A DNA stretch of 64,000 nt from Mustelus asterias. Lineage: Eukaryota. The stretch covers positions 11,222,001-11,286,000 of the forward strand of contig NC_135801.1 in assembly GCF_964213995.1 (NCBI RefSeq), given 5' to 3'. Position numbers and translations under genes: made by a program. Of this stretch, positions 13,201-28,200 are shown piece after piece (position 1 is the stretch's first letter; every line of letters starts with the position of its first letter). The notes beneath the pieces were generated by a model that worked only from the letters and a program-made list of their open reading frames with translations, was not told where the DNA came from and did no database searches.

Positions 13201-16200
13201 TTAGCTAATCACCCCATGGTACTGCTCATTCATATTCAGGACAAAGTCCGATGTGCCAGTTCCATTCATGTTGCGATAGGTGTAGGTAGGAGGATCTGCA
13301 GTTCCTGAAGCTGCCTTGCTCCATCCAGCGATAGAAGCCTGCACCCAATTGGCACGAACCTCTTCGCTGTTGGTTCACAACAGAAAAATAACGTCAAGCT
13401 GTCATCTTGAGGGAATAGTGATGCCTAAATGAAGAGTGTGCAGCATGCCGAATGGAACTAATATACTATCGGAGATCATTATTTTATCTTAAGTATTTAT
13501 TGTAACACAAATATCTGCTTCCGTCAGGATCACTTAGAATCTGTAACTAAAAGCTAGTCTTAGTAACGGTGATCATCACTTGTCATAAAAACACATCTGG
13601 TTCACTGATGTCCTTTAAGGAAAGAAATCTGCCATCCCTACCTGGTCCCTAAATGTGAATCCAGACCCACAGCAATGTGTCTGGCTCATAACTGCCCCTC
13701 TGAAATGGCCTAGCAAGCAAACAGCAACAGAGATGGGCAACAAATGTTGGCCTTTCCAGCGTCGCCCACATTCTATGACAGAATAAAAAAAGAAAGTATC
13801 AAAATTTCTGGTATATTTGCTGATTTGCTTTTGCTTCTGTGAGGGAGTGTCCGGTCAGATCTTGTTCTACCAAAATAGGGGAGTCTAAAACTAGAGGGCA
13901 TAGGTTTAAGGTGAGAGGGGAGAGATACAAAAGGGTCCAATTTTTTCACACAGAGGGTGGTGAGTGTCTGGAACGAGCTGCCAGAGGCAGTAGTAGAGGC
14001 GGGTACAATTTTGTCTTTTAAAAAGCATTTAGACAATTACATGGGTAAGATGGGTATAGAGGGATATGGGCCAAACGCGGACAATTGGGACGAGCTTCGT
14101 GGTTAAAAAAAGAACGGCATGGACAAGTTGGGCCGAAGGGCCTGTTTCTGTGCTGTAAACCTCTATGACTCTAAAATGTATCTTTGTTGCAGAGTCACAA
14201 AACGCCAAAGTTTACAAGATTTTTTCAGGAGCAAATGCCAATTTCATTCAGACTCAGGTAATCTTGCTGACTATCAACATAGTTCAATATTAACACAAAA
14301 CAACCTCGTACTTTAGTCCCCAAACCTTAAGAGATTAAGCGAGCCTGGGTTGACGTACTTGTCTAACTTGACAATATCTTAGAGACCCTCCTTTAACATG
14401 AAGCAGCGACCATACATTTGAGTCAAGCATTTGTTCATTTCATTTCTTTTGACATGTCATCAACCCGGACTTTTCTCAGGAGTGAGACTGTAAACCCATG
14501 TCTGGCCTCTCAAATGGATGGAAAAGATCCCACGGCACTATTTCTAAAAGCAGGGGAGTTCTCCCCAGTGTCCTGGCTGATATCGTTCCATTAACATTGC
14601 AAAAAACAGATCATCTTGTCATTATCACTTTGCTGTTTGTGGGAGATTACTGAACAGAAGCTGGCTGTCATACTCCTGACATTACAAGAGTTACCACACA
14701 TCAAAAATATTCATTAGCTGTATGCGATAACCCAAGGTTGTGAAAGGTGCTACATAAATGCACACCTTCCTTTCCTTTCCTTCCCTCTAAAGGCATTTGC
14801 TTGCTTTGTGGGTGATATGGTGGCACAGTGGTTAGCACTGCTGCCACACAGCGCCAGGGATCCGGGTTTGATTCCGGCCTTGGTTGACTGTCTGTGTGGA
14901 GTTTGCACATTCTCCCTGTGTCTGCGTGGGTTTCCTCCGGATGCTCCAGTTTCCTCTCACAGTCCAAAGATGTGTAGGTTAGGTGGACTGGCCATGCTAA
15001 GTTGCTCCTTAGTGTCTCAAGATGTGTAGGTTAGGTGGATTAGCCATGCTGAATTGCCTCTTCGTATCCAATGATGCATAATTTAGGTGGGTGAGCCATG
15101 GTAAATGCGTGGAGTAATGGGGTTGGAGGGGGTGGAGGTGGTGGGCATGTGTAAAATGCTCTTTCGGAGATGGTACAGACTCGATGGGTCGAATGGCCAC
15201 CTTCTGCACTGTCGGGATTCTATGGTGTCATCAATAGGCTGTATAGGTAAGAGGCATCCTCACGTTATCTTTCGTAAGAATGATCTTACGTGTGAGGTGA
15301 CACAGTGGTTAGCACTGCTGCCTCACAGGGCCGGGGACCCAGGTTCAATTCTGGCCTCGGGCCACTGTCTGTGTGGAGTCTGCACATTCTTCCTGTATCT
15401 GCGTGGGTTTCCTCCGGGTGCTCCGGTTTCCTCCAACAGTCCAAAGATGTGCGGGTTAGGTGGATTGGCCACGTTAAATTGCCCCTTAGCGTCAGGGGGA
15501 CTAGCTAGGGTAAATGTGTGGGGTTACAGGAATAGGGCCTGGGTGGAATTATGGTCGGTACAGACTCGAAAAGCCAAATGGCTTCCTTCTGTACTGTAAG
15601 GATTCTATGATTCTATGCTCCCAATTACTCTCTTGGAACGCACTTGAATAATGGACATGAGGATGCCTCTTGCCAGTACAGCCTAATGACGACACCATAT
15701 ACACATTTCTTGTACATTTTAACTAAGGTCACACGGGTTACCTTGAATCAAGTTACTATTGTTCTACAACTTTCCCGGTTCACTGTCTAATCACCTGACT
15801 TGCTTTTGTAGCTTTCAATTCCTGCAGCTGATTTCCGCTGCAGAGACAGCACCCAGCAAATTCTCACGATGGACAAAAGCGTTATCGACAAATGGATCAA
15901 CACAGCTGATTTCACCAGCGAAAGACATGATGCAGAAAGGTCAGCGCTGTTTATATCGCTTCAATGGTTTCTGCACAAAGTATCATTTTAAGGATACATT
16001 TTCACTCACTTTGAAGCTGGAAATATTGGTATATGTGATGCTCCCTCTTCTCATAGCAGTAGACCACTTTCATGGCATGGCCTATTAGGGAACAAGCCAT
16101 CTGTTCCACGCAATATCGTACAGCACACAAGAAAACCATTCGGCCCATTGAGCCAGTGCCAGCTCTTTGAAAGAGCGATCCAATTAGTTCCACTACCGTT

Positions 16201-19200
16201 GCTCTTTCCCCATAGACCAACAATTATTTTTTCTTTTTCACGTCTATATCCAATTCCCTTTTCACAGTCACTATTGAATCCGTTTGCATTGTCCTTTCAG
16301 GTAACACGTCCCAGATCATAACAACTGGGTGTGCAGCCTTCTGCTTGTGATTCCCCATGTGGTGAGTTCACTGGCGTAGTGGTCATGTCACTGGACTAGC
16401 AACCCAGAGGCCCAGACTATGTGCTGGGGGCATGGCTTCAAATCCTTTTAAATTCAAATTATAAAGTCTGGAGTTGAAAGTGAGCCTCGGTAATGGGGAT
16501 CATGAAACTCTCATCGGTTGTGGTAGAAACCCAGAGAATCATAGAATCCCTACAGTGCAGAAGGAGACCATTCAGCCCATCAAGTCTGCACCGACCACAA
16601 TCCCACCCAGCCCCTATCCCCGTAGCCCCACATATTTACCCCACCCTGTGGGCGGCACGGTGGCACAGTGGTTAGCACTGCTGCCTCACAGCGCCAGGGA
16701 CCCGGGTTCGATTCCCGGCTCGGGTCACTGTCTGAGCGGAGTTTGCACATTCTCCCCATGTCTGTGTGGGTTTCCTCCAGGTGCTCCGGTTTCCTCCCAC
16801 AGTCTGAAAGACGTGCTGGCTAGGTGCATTGGCCATGCTAAATTCTCCCTCAGTGTACCCGAACAGGCGTCGGAGTGTGGTGACTAGGGGATTTTCACAG
16901 TAAATGTAAATCTACTTGTGACTAATAAATAAACTTAAATCAGTTCCCCCTGATACTAAGTGGCAATTTAGCATGGCCAATCAACCTAACCCGCACATCT
17001 TTGCACTGTGGGAGGAAACCGGAGCACCCGGAGGAAACCCACGCAGATACGGGGAGAACGTGCAAACTCCACACAGACAGTGACCCAAGCCGGGAATCAA
17101 ACCCAGGTCCCTGGGCATCTGGTTCTTATATGCCCTTTCAAGGAGGATCTCTGCCATCCTTACCCGGTCTGGCCTACATGTGACTCCAGACCCACAACAA
17201 TGTGATTGGCAAGCAACTGGGCAATTAGGGATGGGCCACAAATGCTCACCTTGCCAGTGACGCCAACATCCATGAAAGAATTTTAAAAACTTATTTTGGT
17301 GTTACCACCAAAGTTGTTACTTTGCCAATTAGGAATAACATGAAGTTCAATCCAGGATTCTCATGTGCCACACAATAGTCAGCTATTGGGCAGCGGTGGC
17401 ATCTAGATGTCTCAGTCGAGTAATGTGAGTACTCAATGAAGGGATGCAATGTTTTCAAAAATATAGTAATCAAATTAACACATTAGAGAAAGAAAGGACT
17501 TAATGAGAAGTTAATGGATTGGGCCTCCCCTTTGTTGAATTGTTTTAAACAGAAGACAATCTGCGGCACGGTGGCACAGTGGTTAGCACTGCTGCCTCAC
17601 TAGAACCAGGGACCACCGCCTGTGCGGCATTTGCACCTTCTCCCCGTGTCTGCGTGGGTTTCCTCCGGGTGCTCCGGTTTCCTCCCACAGTCTGAAAGAC
17701 GTGCTGGTTAGGTGCATTGGCCATGCTAAATTCTCCCTCGGTGTACCCGAACAGACGCTGGAGTGTGGTGACTAGGGGATTTTCACAGTAACTTCATCGC
17801 AATGTTAAGCCTATTTGTGACACTAATAAATAAACTTAAACTGTTAGAATTAATTTGTAATTTTTTTGTTGAAAAATATCAGTCTTACATGAGGACTACT
17901 CTTACTGACTGTTAACACCTTTTGTCTTTCATATGATAGAGAAATTGGCTTAATCTTTTCCTCCTCATCCTGCCTGACTGGGAGCTTTCTGAGGAAAAGG
18001 TGAGTCGGAGAGAAGCTAAGCAACTGAGTCAATCTGAAATGTAATCGATTTATTATAGTCTGAATTCAATGCATGATAATTACCAGAATTTAAGTACCAC
18101 CACCTTTCATATAACCAGGACCTTCCAGAGTGCTTCACAGCCCGTGAGGTACTTGGAAAGTGTTGGGACGTAGGAAATGCAGCAGCAAATTTGTGCACAG
18201 CAAGATCCAACAAACCTCTCAATATTCCGAACAGCCAGCCCTGCTCTTGTGTCATGTTACTGGATTTTACCCTCCTGAGATTGAAGTCACATGGCCGAAA
18301 AATGACCGCCTCATTTGTTTTAGCGATGGTGCCAGGACATTAGGAGAACTCACTTGCTTTTCTTCAAAATAGCATCGTGGGATATTCTAGGCCCAGCTGA
18401 GGAGTTTCCAATTAACATCATATCCAAATGACAGCACTTCTGTCAGTACAAATCTCCCTCAGCACTGCACTGAAGTGTCAATCCACGTTTTGCGCTGAGG
18501 CTTCCGGAATGGAACTTGAACTCATGATCTCGTAACTCAGGGATGAGGATGGTACAGGCTGTACCATAGCTGACAATGCGATGGAAGTGTGCTTGGAAGG
18601 CTAATTATTGCTAAAACTGAACTGATTTTTTAATAAGGTTTTTACAGGGAACAGTCAATGTTAGCTATTTGTCATGTCCAAACTAAAATGCAGCTCATTG
18701 TAAGAATGGCCCATAGGTTAAAATCAGGTTCACACTTACTGTTATAGGGAAACAGTTGGCCAATAATTAACACAAACATAAGGAATAGAAGCAAGATTAG
18801 ATCATGTGACCCATCAAGCATCCTCTGCCATTCAGTAGGATCATGGCTGATCTTGGATTTCAATTCCACTCTCTTGCTGGTTCCAACAGCCCTTGATTAA
18901 CTGAGAGATCAAAAATTTGTCTATTCCAGCCTTAAGTATATTCAGTGATGGAGCATCTACAGCTCTCTGGCGTAGAGAATTCCACAAATCTACAACCCTT
19001 TGAGTGAAGTCATTCCTCCTCATCTCAATCCGAAATAATTGGCCCTGGGGTGGTACAGTGGCGCAGTGGTTAGCACTGCTGCCTCACAGCGCCAGGGACC
19101 TGGGTTTGATTCCCAATTTGGGTCACTGTCTGCAGAGTCTGCATGTTCTCCGCGTGTTTGCGTGGGTTTCTTCCGGGTACTCCGGTTTCGTCCCACAGTC

Positions 19201-22200
19201 CAAAAGACGTGCTGGTTAGGTGCATTGGCTATGCTAAATTCTCCCTCGGTGTGCCCGAACAGGTGCCGGAGTGTGGCGACTAGTGGATTTTCACAGTAAC
19301 TTCATTGCAGTGTTAATGTAAGCCTACTTGTGACACTAATAAATAAACTTCTTAAAAAAACCTTATCCTGAGACTGCGTCCACGTGTTTTAGATTCTCTG
19401 ACCAGCTGAAACAATCCCTTAGCGTCGACCTATCAAACTCCGACAGAATCTTGTATTTCAATGAGGTATCGTCCCTCGTTCTTCTAACGACTAGGGGATT
19501 TTCACAGTCACTTCATTGCAGTGTTAATGCAAGCCTACTTGTGACTAATAAATAAACTTTACTTGAAATTCCAAAGAACATAGACCCAATTTACTCAGCC
19601 TCTCATCATGTTTCAGGAGCAGTCTTTCTGTAGACAGAAAATATTTTGAATTTGGATCAGAGTATGCTTGAATGAAGGGCTTGGAATGATTTCTTGCGGC
19701 AACGTTTCTTTTGTTGCCAAGCGGTTGTATTAATAGTGTTGATTTTTGCCTTATAGCGATGGGAACCAGCCTAAGGCAGGGAGCGACATTTTGAGTGTTG
19801 ATGTGGAAGCAGCAAGGGAGTTACTTGGCAAGCTTACCTCAAAGGACTGGATTGTGAACGTGGTAACTATTCACACTGTTTCACCGGGATGTCCAAATGT
19901 GTTCTGCCTTCACCCTGTGAATATTGGAGATCCCTCAGTGTGTACAATGCAAATCCATCTTGCAGTGTTTAGTCTTGTTACTTTTTCACACTAATTGTAA
20001 TTAATGTAATGAAGTTATAAAGCCCTGCCAGATGGAACATCCTAACACTCCAAATATAAAGGTGGAGGCTCAACACCTAGGCCGGAATTTTACCCTCGCA
20101 GAACAGATTTCTCCGTTGGCCTTGGGAAGGAATTTACGATCTTGCCCAAGCAATGTCACCTCTCAAATCCTGCCCCTTGTGTCCCTTTTACTGGACAGAA
20201 GGAACATAAACTTGGAAGACATCATGTTTCCTCCATACTTACCTTGTTCATGTTATCATAGAATCATAGAACCCTACAGTGCAGAAGGAGGCCATTCGGC
20301 CCATCGGGACTCCACCGACCACAATCCCACATGACCCTATCCCTATAACCCCATGGATTTAGCCTGCCCCTGACACTAAGGGGCAATTTAGCACAGCCAA
20401 TCCACCTAACCCGCACATCTTTGGACTGTGGGAGGAAACCGGAGCACCCGGAGGAAACCCACACAGACACGGCGAGAATGTGAAAACTCCACACAGACAG
20501 TGACCCAAGCTGGGAATTGAATCCAGGTCACTGGTGCTGTGAGGTAGCAGTGCTAACCACTGTGCCAGTTACGTACCCCCTGTCCGCTCAACTCTATTCC
20601 CACTGTACTACTGACCACCAATCTCCCTTCCTGGCCACCATGTCAGTCGATGTTAATGGTTCTCTTCCCTCAGTTACTGTCCTCCTCCTCGTCCACCTTG
20701 CCTTCCTCAACCCTCACAAAAATCCTACTCTTGCTCGCAACGTCTTTGCAAATTACCACCCCATCTCCAGTCTATCACTGAAATCTTGCGGCCCTTTACA
20801 CCGGCGGGATCTTACAGTCCTGTCGATGGTGCACGCACCGCCACAGGGTTTCCCAGCAGAGAGGAGTGCGTTCGACGGGGTACCTCACTGATAACAGCGG
20901 GACCACAAGATCCCACTGCCAGCGAGCGGCACACTCCCTCCCACCCCTGCGAAACACGCCGTGGAGGGGAGAGGAAAATCCCACCCTATATTTCCTCTCG
21001 AAAGTGCCGGCAAGTACTGTCACCTCTCAAATCCAGTTTTGCTAGAACTCTGTGTCTGAGTCCCTGCCGTCAGGTTCCTGCCACTGTCACAGTTCCGAAA
21101 CGGCTCTTATTAAAAAAACATGCTATGGACCTATGACAATGGCGAATTATTCCCCTTCATGACCTATCGACAGCCTTTGACCCAGTTTGCCACATCATCC
21201 TCCTCTAACATCTCTCCTCCATCATCCAATGGGATGGAACTTCATTTGTCGAGTTCCGTCCCTATCTATCCAGTTGTAGCCAGAGAATCACCAGCAATGG
21301 TTTCCTTGCTGTAATAACTCCACGGAAACAAAAGTCCCGTCACCAAGTTACTTTATTTATACCATACACCTGTACACAGCCAGCTCTCCAATTGCTCCCT
21401 GCTGAATGCAGGCTTTAAATAGGGAGCATGAGGCTCCTTGACTTAACCATCAATTAAGATTCATCAGGTATGTCTTTTCACACATTAAGATTCATTAGCC
21501 TGGCTGAAGTCATCACACTTGCCCATTCCTGGGTTGTTACCTTTGATGTTCCCCAAGGGTCTATCCTTGGACTTCCTCCTATTACTGATCTATGTCCTGT
21601 TCCTCAGCAACGTCACTCAATAACACAACAGCAAGTTCTATGTGTACAGTGATGACACCCAGATCCACCTCACAACCAGCTCCCTCCCCACTGTGTTTGA
21701 ATTGTCTGACTGTTTGTCTAACATGCAGTACGAGATAAGCAGAAATTTCTTCCAGTTAAATATTTGGAAGATTGAAGCCATTGTCCTCAGTCCCCACTAC
21801 AAACTTTGTTCCCTAATCAACTCCATCCCTTGCCCTCGGAACTCTCTGGGCCTGAACCAGGCTGTTCACAGCATTGTTAAGTTAAGTTTTATTTATTAGT
21901 CACAAGTAAGGCTTACATTAACACTGCAATGAAGTTACTGTGAAATTCCCCTATTCGCCACATTCCAGCACCTGTTCGGGTCAATGCACCTAATCAGGCA
22001 CGTCTTTCAGACTGTGGGAGGAAACCGGAGCACCCGGAGGAAACCCACGCAGACACGGGGAAAACGTGCAAACTTCACACGGACAGTGACCCAAGCCGGG
22101 AATCGAACCCGGGTCCCTGGCGGTGTGAGGCAGCAGTGCTACCCACTGTGCCACCGTGCCATCCCCCATTGGTGTCATATCTGACCCTGAGATGAGGTTC

Positions 22201-25200
22201 CGACCACCTATCTGCACCATTACTAAAACAAACTGTTTTCTTCTTCATGACACTTTGCCGCTGAAACCCACATCCCTGCATTTGTTACCTCTAGATGTGG
22301 AGCCATACAGGGTAGAAAAGGCCCTTCAGCCCATCAAGTCTGCACTGACATTAACTACCACTAAAGGCGCACTAATCCCATTTTCCTGCACTTGTCCCAA
22401 TAGAGACTACTATAATGCACTCTTGGCCAACCGTCCATCTTACATACTCCATAAACTCAAGCAAACTCTGCTGCCCAAATCCAATCACACACCATGGGAA
22501 GGATTGCCCGGACTTGTCCATGGCGGGACCTGTTGTGAGCGAGAATGGAGAATTTGGCGATCCAGTCAAAATTCCATTCACTTTCAGCAGCACCAGAAAA
22601 TCCCAGCCGCGATCAAGAAGCGAAAATTTCGGCCCATCTCATTAATCATCACTCCTCTGCTCACTGACTGACATTGGCTCTCATAGAGTCATCGAGGTAT
22701 ACAGCCTGGAAACAGGCACTTCGGCCCAACTTGTCCATGCCGCCTTTTTTTTAGCCACTAAGCTAGTCCCACTTGCCCGCGTTTGGCCCATCTCCCTCTT
22801 GACCCACATTACCCATGTAACTGTCTAAATGCTTTTTAAAAGACAAAATTGTACTCGCCTCTACTACTGCCTCTGGCAGTTTGTTCCAGACGCCCTCTGT
22901 GTGAAAATATTGCCCCTCTGGACCTTTTTGTATCTCTCCCCTCTCACCTTAAACCTATGCCCTCTGGTTTTAGATTCCCCGACATTTGGGAAAAGATGTT
23001 GACTAACTGATCTATGCCCCCCATTATTTTATAGACCTCTATAAGATCACCCCTAAGTCTCCTGCACTCCAGGGGAAAAAAGTCCCAGTCTATCCAGCCT
23101 CTCCTTATAACTCAAACCATCAAGTCCCGGTAACATCCTAGTAAATCTTTTCTGCACTCTTTCTAGTTTAATAGTATGCTTTCTATAGTAGGGCGACCAG
23201 AACTGTACACAGTTAAGCAAAACCTCGATTCTAACATTCTCATTGTTGTTTCCAAAAACCCCCCCATGGCGTTGCCCCTCCTTTTCTCTGATACTTCCTC
23301 CAGCCCTACAACCCTCCATGATACATACACTCATCCAATTCTGTTCTCTTACACAGTCTCAATTTTAATCACTTCAACATTGGCAGCTGTGCCTTCAGAT
23401 ACCGAGACCCTAAATCTCTCCATCTCTACCTCTCTTCCCTCCTTTAAGATGCTCCTTAAAATGTGCCTCATTGACCAAACTCGCTGAGACTGCCTTATGA
23501 GGCTCAGTGTCAAAAGTTGTCCCATAGTGCTCCCGTGAAGTGTTTTACAACACTTTACTACATCAAAGCAATATTAAGTGCAAGTTTTTGTTGCTATTTA
23601 GATGGCGCCTTTTAGGGGTTCAGGATGACCTACAGCTTTTTATAGCTGCATTTTTAAAGTCTGTGATGCCTGTTTAAAGGAATGAATTAGTTATATCTTG
23701 GCTCACAATTTCAATAAATGTGTTTCTTTTACAGGTAGCTTCAAGCCTCACATTACTCTTATCCCCAAATCTTCAGTATCTGCGTCATGACAAAGAAGCT
23801 TTGATGATTTACTTGATTCTGCCAGAGTGCTCTGCAATATACCAAGTTGAGATCATCCAAGAAATGGTTGTTATCTGCGCAGAAACCATTGTGAGGCTAG
23901 ATCAAGCTTCAAAAAAGACTCTGGGTGAGAGGGTGAAAAGTAATCCAGGCTGTAGCTCTTGTGCAGATATTCAGTGACAAAGGTTGAATTGGGTTTGGAG
24001 AAAAGGTAGTACACTGCAAAGGATATTGATTGATAAAAGAACCAGAAGCAACATGAGCATATGGTTAGGATCTGGAATTCATAGTCTGAGAGTGTGGTGG
24101 AGGCAGATTCAAACATAGCCTCAGAACGGAACTGGATAAGCACCTGAAGAGAAGGCATTGTAGAACTGTGGGGGAAAGACACAACTAGCTGACTGGAAGA
24201 CAGAACAGGCCGAATAGCTTCCTTCTGTTCAGTAACCATTCTAATGAATGGACCCTTCAAGTGAAGTAGGAATCTGCAATTGTCTGAAACAGTGGGACAT
24301 TTGTCTATTGATGCCTACTAATTCTATTGGCCTGTGAATCTCAAACACAATTGGCACCAAACCTCTAGTCTAAGTTACTTAGCATTATTGAACAAAACTC
24401 AAGGTGCAAACTGAGACAGGGATGTTATACAAAGATGCTCATATCCTTTAATATCACTGACAGCATTTTCTAAGCTTGTCTTACATGACTGTTTTATTGC
24501 TGGTGGGCAGTTAATTGCAAAGTTGTTAACATGACGTGTTCTTAATAACTAGAGAAGTGCTGGTCGGTGCTGAAATCATCGTATTTGAACAATGTGGCCC
24601 AGATGTTTAGGACTTCAGCAGTAGTTGTGCTTATAAGCCTCCATGCTGTGCATAATGAAATTACAATGCATCCTTTAATTAAGACAATGGAAACAATTTT
24701 AAAGGCAATCCTGGAAGTTCTAGAACTGGTGTACAACGTAAGTATCCAAAAAGTCGACTGTAAACAGAGCACTTGCATCATTTTCTACCATTTTCTGTGT
24801 TTCCGATTTTGAGCATAGATTTTAATCTCAGTTCCTCATGCATTCTATCTCAGGCAAATATGAAAGCACATCATAATATCCCACAGAACAAATTCTACAT
24901 CGATGAAGTTCTCCTGTTTGATGTTGGTTATGACCTCATTAGGTTTAGACAATGTCAGCAGATCATGGTGAGTCTCCAACAATATCCTTACATGGGGGTG
25001 GGGGATAAGTTGAAGGGAGATGATGGGAAGGGCAAAAACAACAGCGATTTGAGGGTGGGTGGATGTGGGGGGAGGTGTGGAAGACTGTTGGCACGGAAAC
25101 AGCAGAGGACACAGTGGGATGGAGGGGCTGAGGCAGTGGAGGGCTGAGGGTGGGGAGCGGAGATGGGGGGATGAGGTGGCAGTGGGCTGAGGTGGCAGTG

Positions 25201-28200
25201 GGGTGAGGTGGCAGGGTGAATTGGCATAGGATGAGATGATGGGATTTCATCAGTGTCCCACCATTAAAAGAAAACAGAACAACGATTGGATAATTCTAAA
25301 ATTAAGTCAAAAGGAGATCTAATGGAGATTTTAACTAGTAATAAAACCAGAAAATGCTGGAAAATTTCCACAGATCTGGCAGCAAATCTATGGAGAGAGA
25401 AACCGGGTGCGATCTTACCAGCCGTTCACTGCAGCGGGATGGGAAAATCCCACCAGCATGAATAGCCGGAATGTTACGCAACATTCTGGCCACAGAGTTA
25501 GTTGGCGGTTTCTCTGGTCTCCCTGTAGTGTTTTTCTTGGCGGTGGGAGGCAGCACGCCATTGGCCAACGGATTTCACTCCACACCACCAGAAAAAGCGC
25601 AGCAGGGGTGCTCTGTTGGCGGGACCAGAAGATTCCGCTGACACGAAGAGCCAGGGATCTCGCCCAATGTTTTCAGAGAATCATACAGTTCAGAAAAGGC
25701 CCATCGAGTCTGCACTGAGAAACATCTGAACTATCACCTAATCCCATCTACCAGCACTTGGCCCATATCCTTGAGTGTTATGATGTGCCAAGTGTTCATC
25801 CAGGTACTTTTTAAAGGATGTGAGGTAACCCCACCTCTACCACCCTCCCAGGCAGCGCATTCCAGATCGTCACCACCCTCTAGGTAAAAAAGCTTTTCCT
25901 CACATCCCCCCCTCCTAAACCTCCTGCCCCTTTTGAGTCCAATATGATTCTCCTCTGGAACTTTTTGCTTGTATCTTAATTAGGAAAGTTTGTTAAAACT
26001 ATTTTCACTGCTCAGTGACTTTTAAAGTCAGACAATATAAATGTCAGGACACACAACGGCAAAGAGGTAGTTTGAGAGAATTTTGTAACGATGAGCTTTG
26101 CTAGGGCAGATTCAAACAACTATGAGCAAAGGGCAGAGCAGCTTATCGAAATGAAGCAGAGGACAGGATTTTCCACTCCTGCGACAAGTCAACAGACCTC
26201 TGGTTGGTGAAATTTTCCAGCCCACCTGCGATGAATCCCACTACAGCCAGGACCGAAAAGTCCTGGCCAGAGAGTCCACACCAGCATGATGGGCTGAATG
26301 GCCTCTTTTTTTCTCTCTCTCTGCAGTGAATTTTGATTAAATTAATCACTTTTGAGTAAAATTCCTTCCCTTTTATCCAGGAAACATGGAATACTGAGAC
26401 TCTGTGGTTGGAAGCTCAGCTCAGGCAATGGTGCAAAGTGGGTGCTATCAGAACAGCTGTCCACCACTCAGCACTGCAGTCATAGAATCATAGAATCTCC
26501 ACAGTGCAGAAGGAGGCCATTCGGCCCAACCTGCGCCAACAACAATCCCACCCAGGCCCTATCCCCATAACCCCATGTATTTACCCTGCTAGCCTCCCTG
26601 ACACTATGGGGCAATTTAGCACGGCCAATGCACCTAACTTGCACATCTTTGGACTGTGGGAGGAAACCGGAGCACCCGGGGGAAACCCACACAGACACGG
26701 AGTGAACATACAAACTCCACACAGACAGTGACTCAAGGCCGGAGTTGAACCCGGGCCCCTGGCGCTGTGAGGCAGCAGTGCTAACCACAGTGGAATTAAA
26801 TGTTAGACTACGTGGAAAAGGAAGCCGCTCTGATATCACCCTGTTTGTGTCACAGCCCAGGGCTCAATTGCTGGCCCATTGCTTTTATTATTGGTACATC
26901 GCACACCTTTATTATTGAATCCAAACTGCGGGCAATGCTTGACAACTTCTCTCCTGCTAACTTTCACTCAGCAAAGAAGTTTGTGGAGCTAAAACTACAT
27001 CACAAAATTAATTTTAGATAGCAGGCAGTAATCATAAATGTAACATGTGATCCTAGACAAACTAAAGCCTTGGTATGGTAGATATCCTTTGGTGATGTTA
27101 CTCAGGTGATTACACCAAACAACTAAGCTGTTGACTGGTTGTGAATTCTCAGAACCAACAATAGCACACTCATTGGTCGGGTCTGAAATAATCAGAGCAC
27201 TTCCAGCAAATAGGAAAATCTCAAGCAAAAGGTAGAGCAGTGTATCCAAATGAAGACATAGTCCCAACCTCATCATGTCTCTAAAATGATCATAAAAACA
27301 AACTTTAGAGATGTACACCTGCATGCACTGTACCATTTATGATTTGATCTGATTTATTATTGTCACATGTATGAGTATACAGTGAAAAGTATTGTTACTT
27401 GCGCGCTATACAGACAAAGCATACCGTTCAGAGAGAAAGAAAGGAAAGAGTGCAGAATGTAGTGTTACAGTCATAGCTAGGGTGTAGAGAAAGATCAACT
27501 TAATGCGAGGTAGGTCCATTCAAAGGTCTGACGGCAGCAGGGAAGAAACTGTTCTTGAGTCGGTTGGTACGTGACCTCAGACTTTTGAATCTTTTTTCCC
27601 AGCGGGAGAAGGTGGAAGAGAGAATGTCCGGGTTGCGTAGGGTCCTTAATTATGCTGGCTGCTTATCTGAGGCAGCGGGAAGTGTAGACAGAGTCAATGG
27701 ATGGGAGGCTGGTTTGCGTGATGGATTGGGCTACACTCACGACCCTTAATAGTTTCTTGCGGTCTTGGTCAGAGCAGGAGCCGTGCAAAGCTGTGATACA
27801 TCCAGAACGGACACTTTCTATGGTGCATCTGTAAAAGGTGGAAGAGAGAATGTCCGGGGTGTGTGGGGTCCTTAATTATGCTGACTGCTTTGCCGAGGCC
27901 CCAGGATTTACTTTTACATTTACCCCATCGAAAAAATGTTCCATCACAAAAATGCAAAAATAAATCAAACTGCCAAGTATGCATTTTATTTATAACTTCC
28001 CTAAAATGTCAAAACATATTTACATTTAATTATTTTATATATGTGTGGCTCATTCAAAATGGAATGGCTGAATATTCTAGAAAGGTCCGCAAACATGCCA
28101 TATGCCCTCCATTAACATGTCCACTTTTGCCAGGGACCAGTGAATATTGTCCAACTGATCTTTGGGGATCAGTCGTATTTTAGGCAATATGGAGCACTGG

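Larger units (their letters stand above)
20570..23590 (+). mobile_element. Old L2-type LINE fragmented by nested SINE, LTR, MITE and CR1 insertions
   Basis: VPQGSILG and [11 protein letters not shown]-like remnants; L2-type 3' end. Confidence 0.6.

Noticed and set aside
13200-13380. Minus-strand open stretch [16 protein letters not shown]...
   Set aside because: Short, preceded by a stop, no splice context and no recognisable family.
26995-27336. 113-aa minus-strand ORF in apparently unique intron DNA
   Set aside because: No recognisable motif or splice support.
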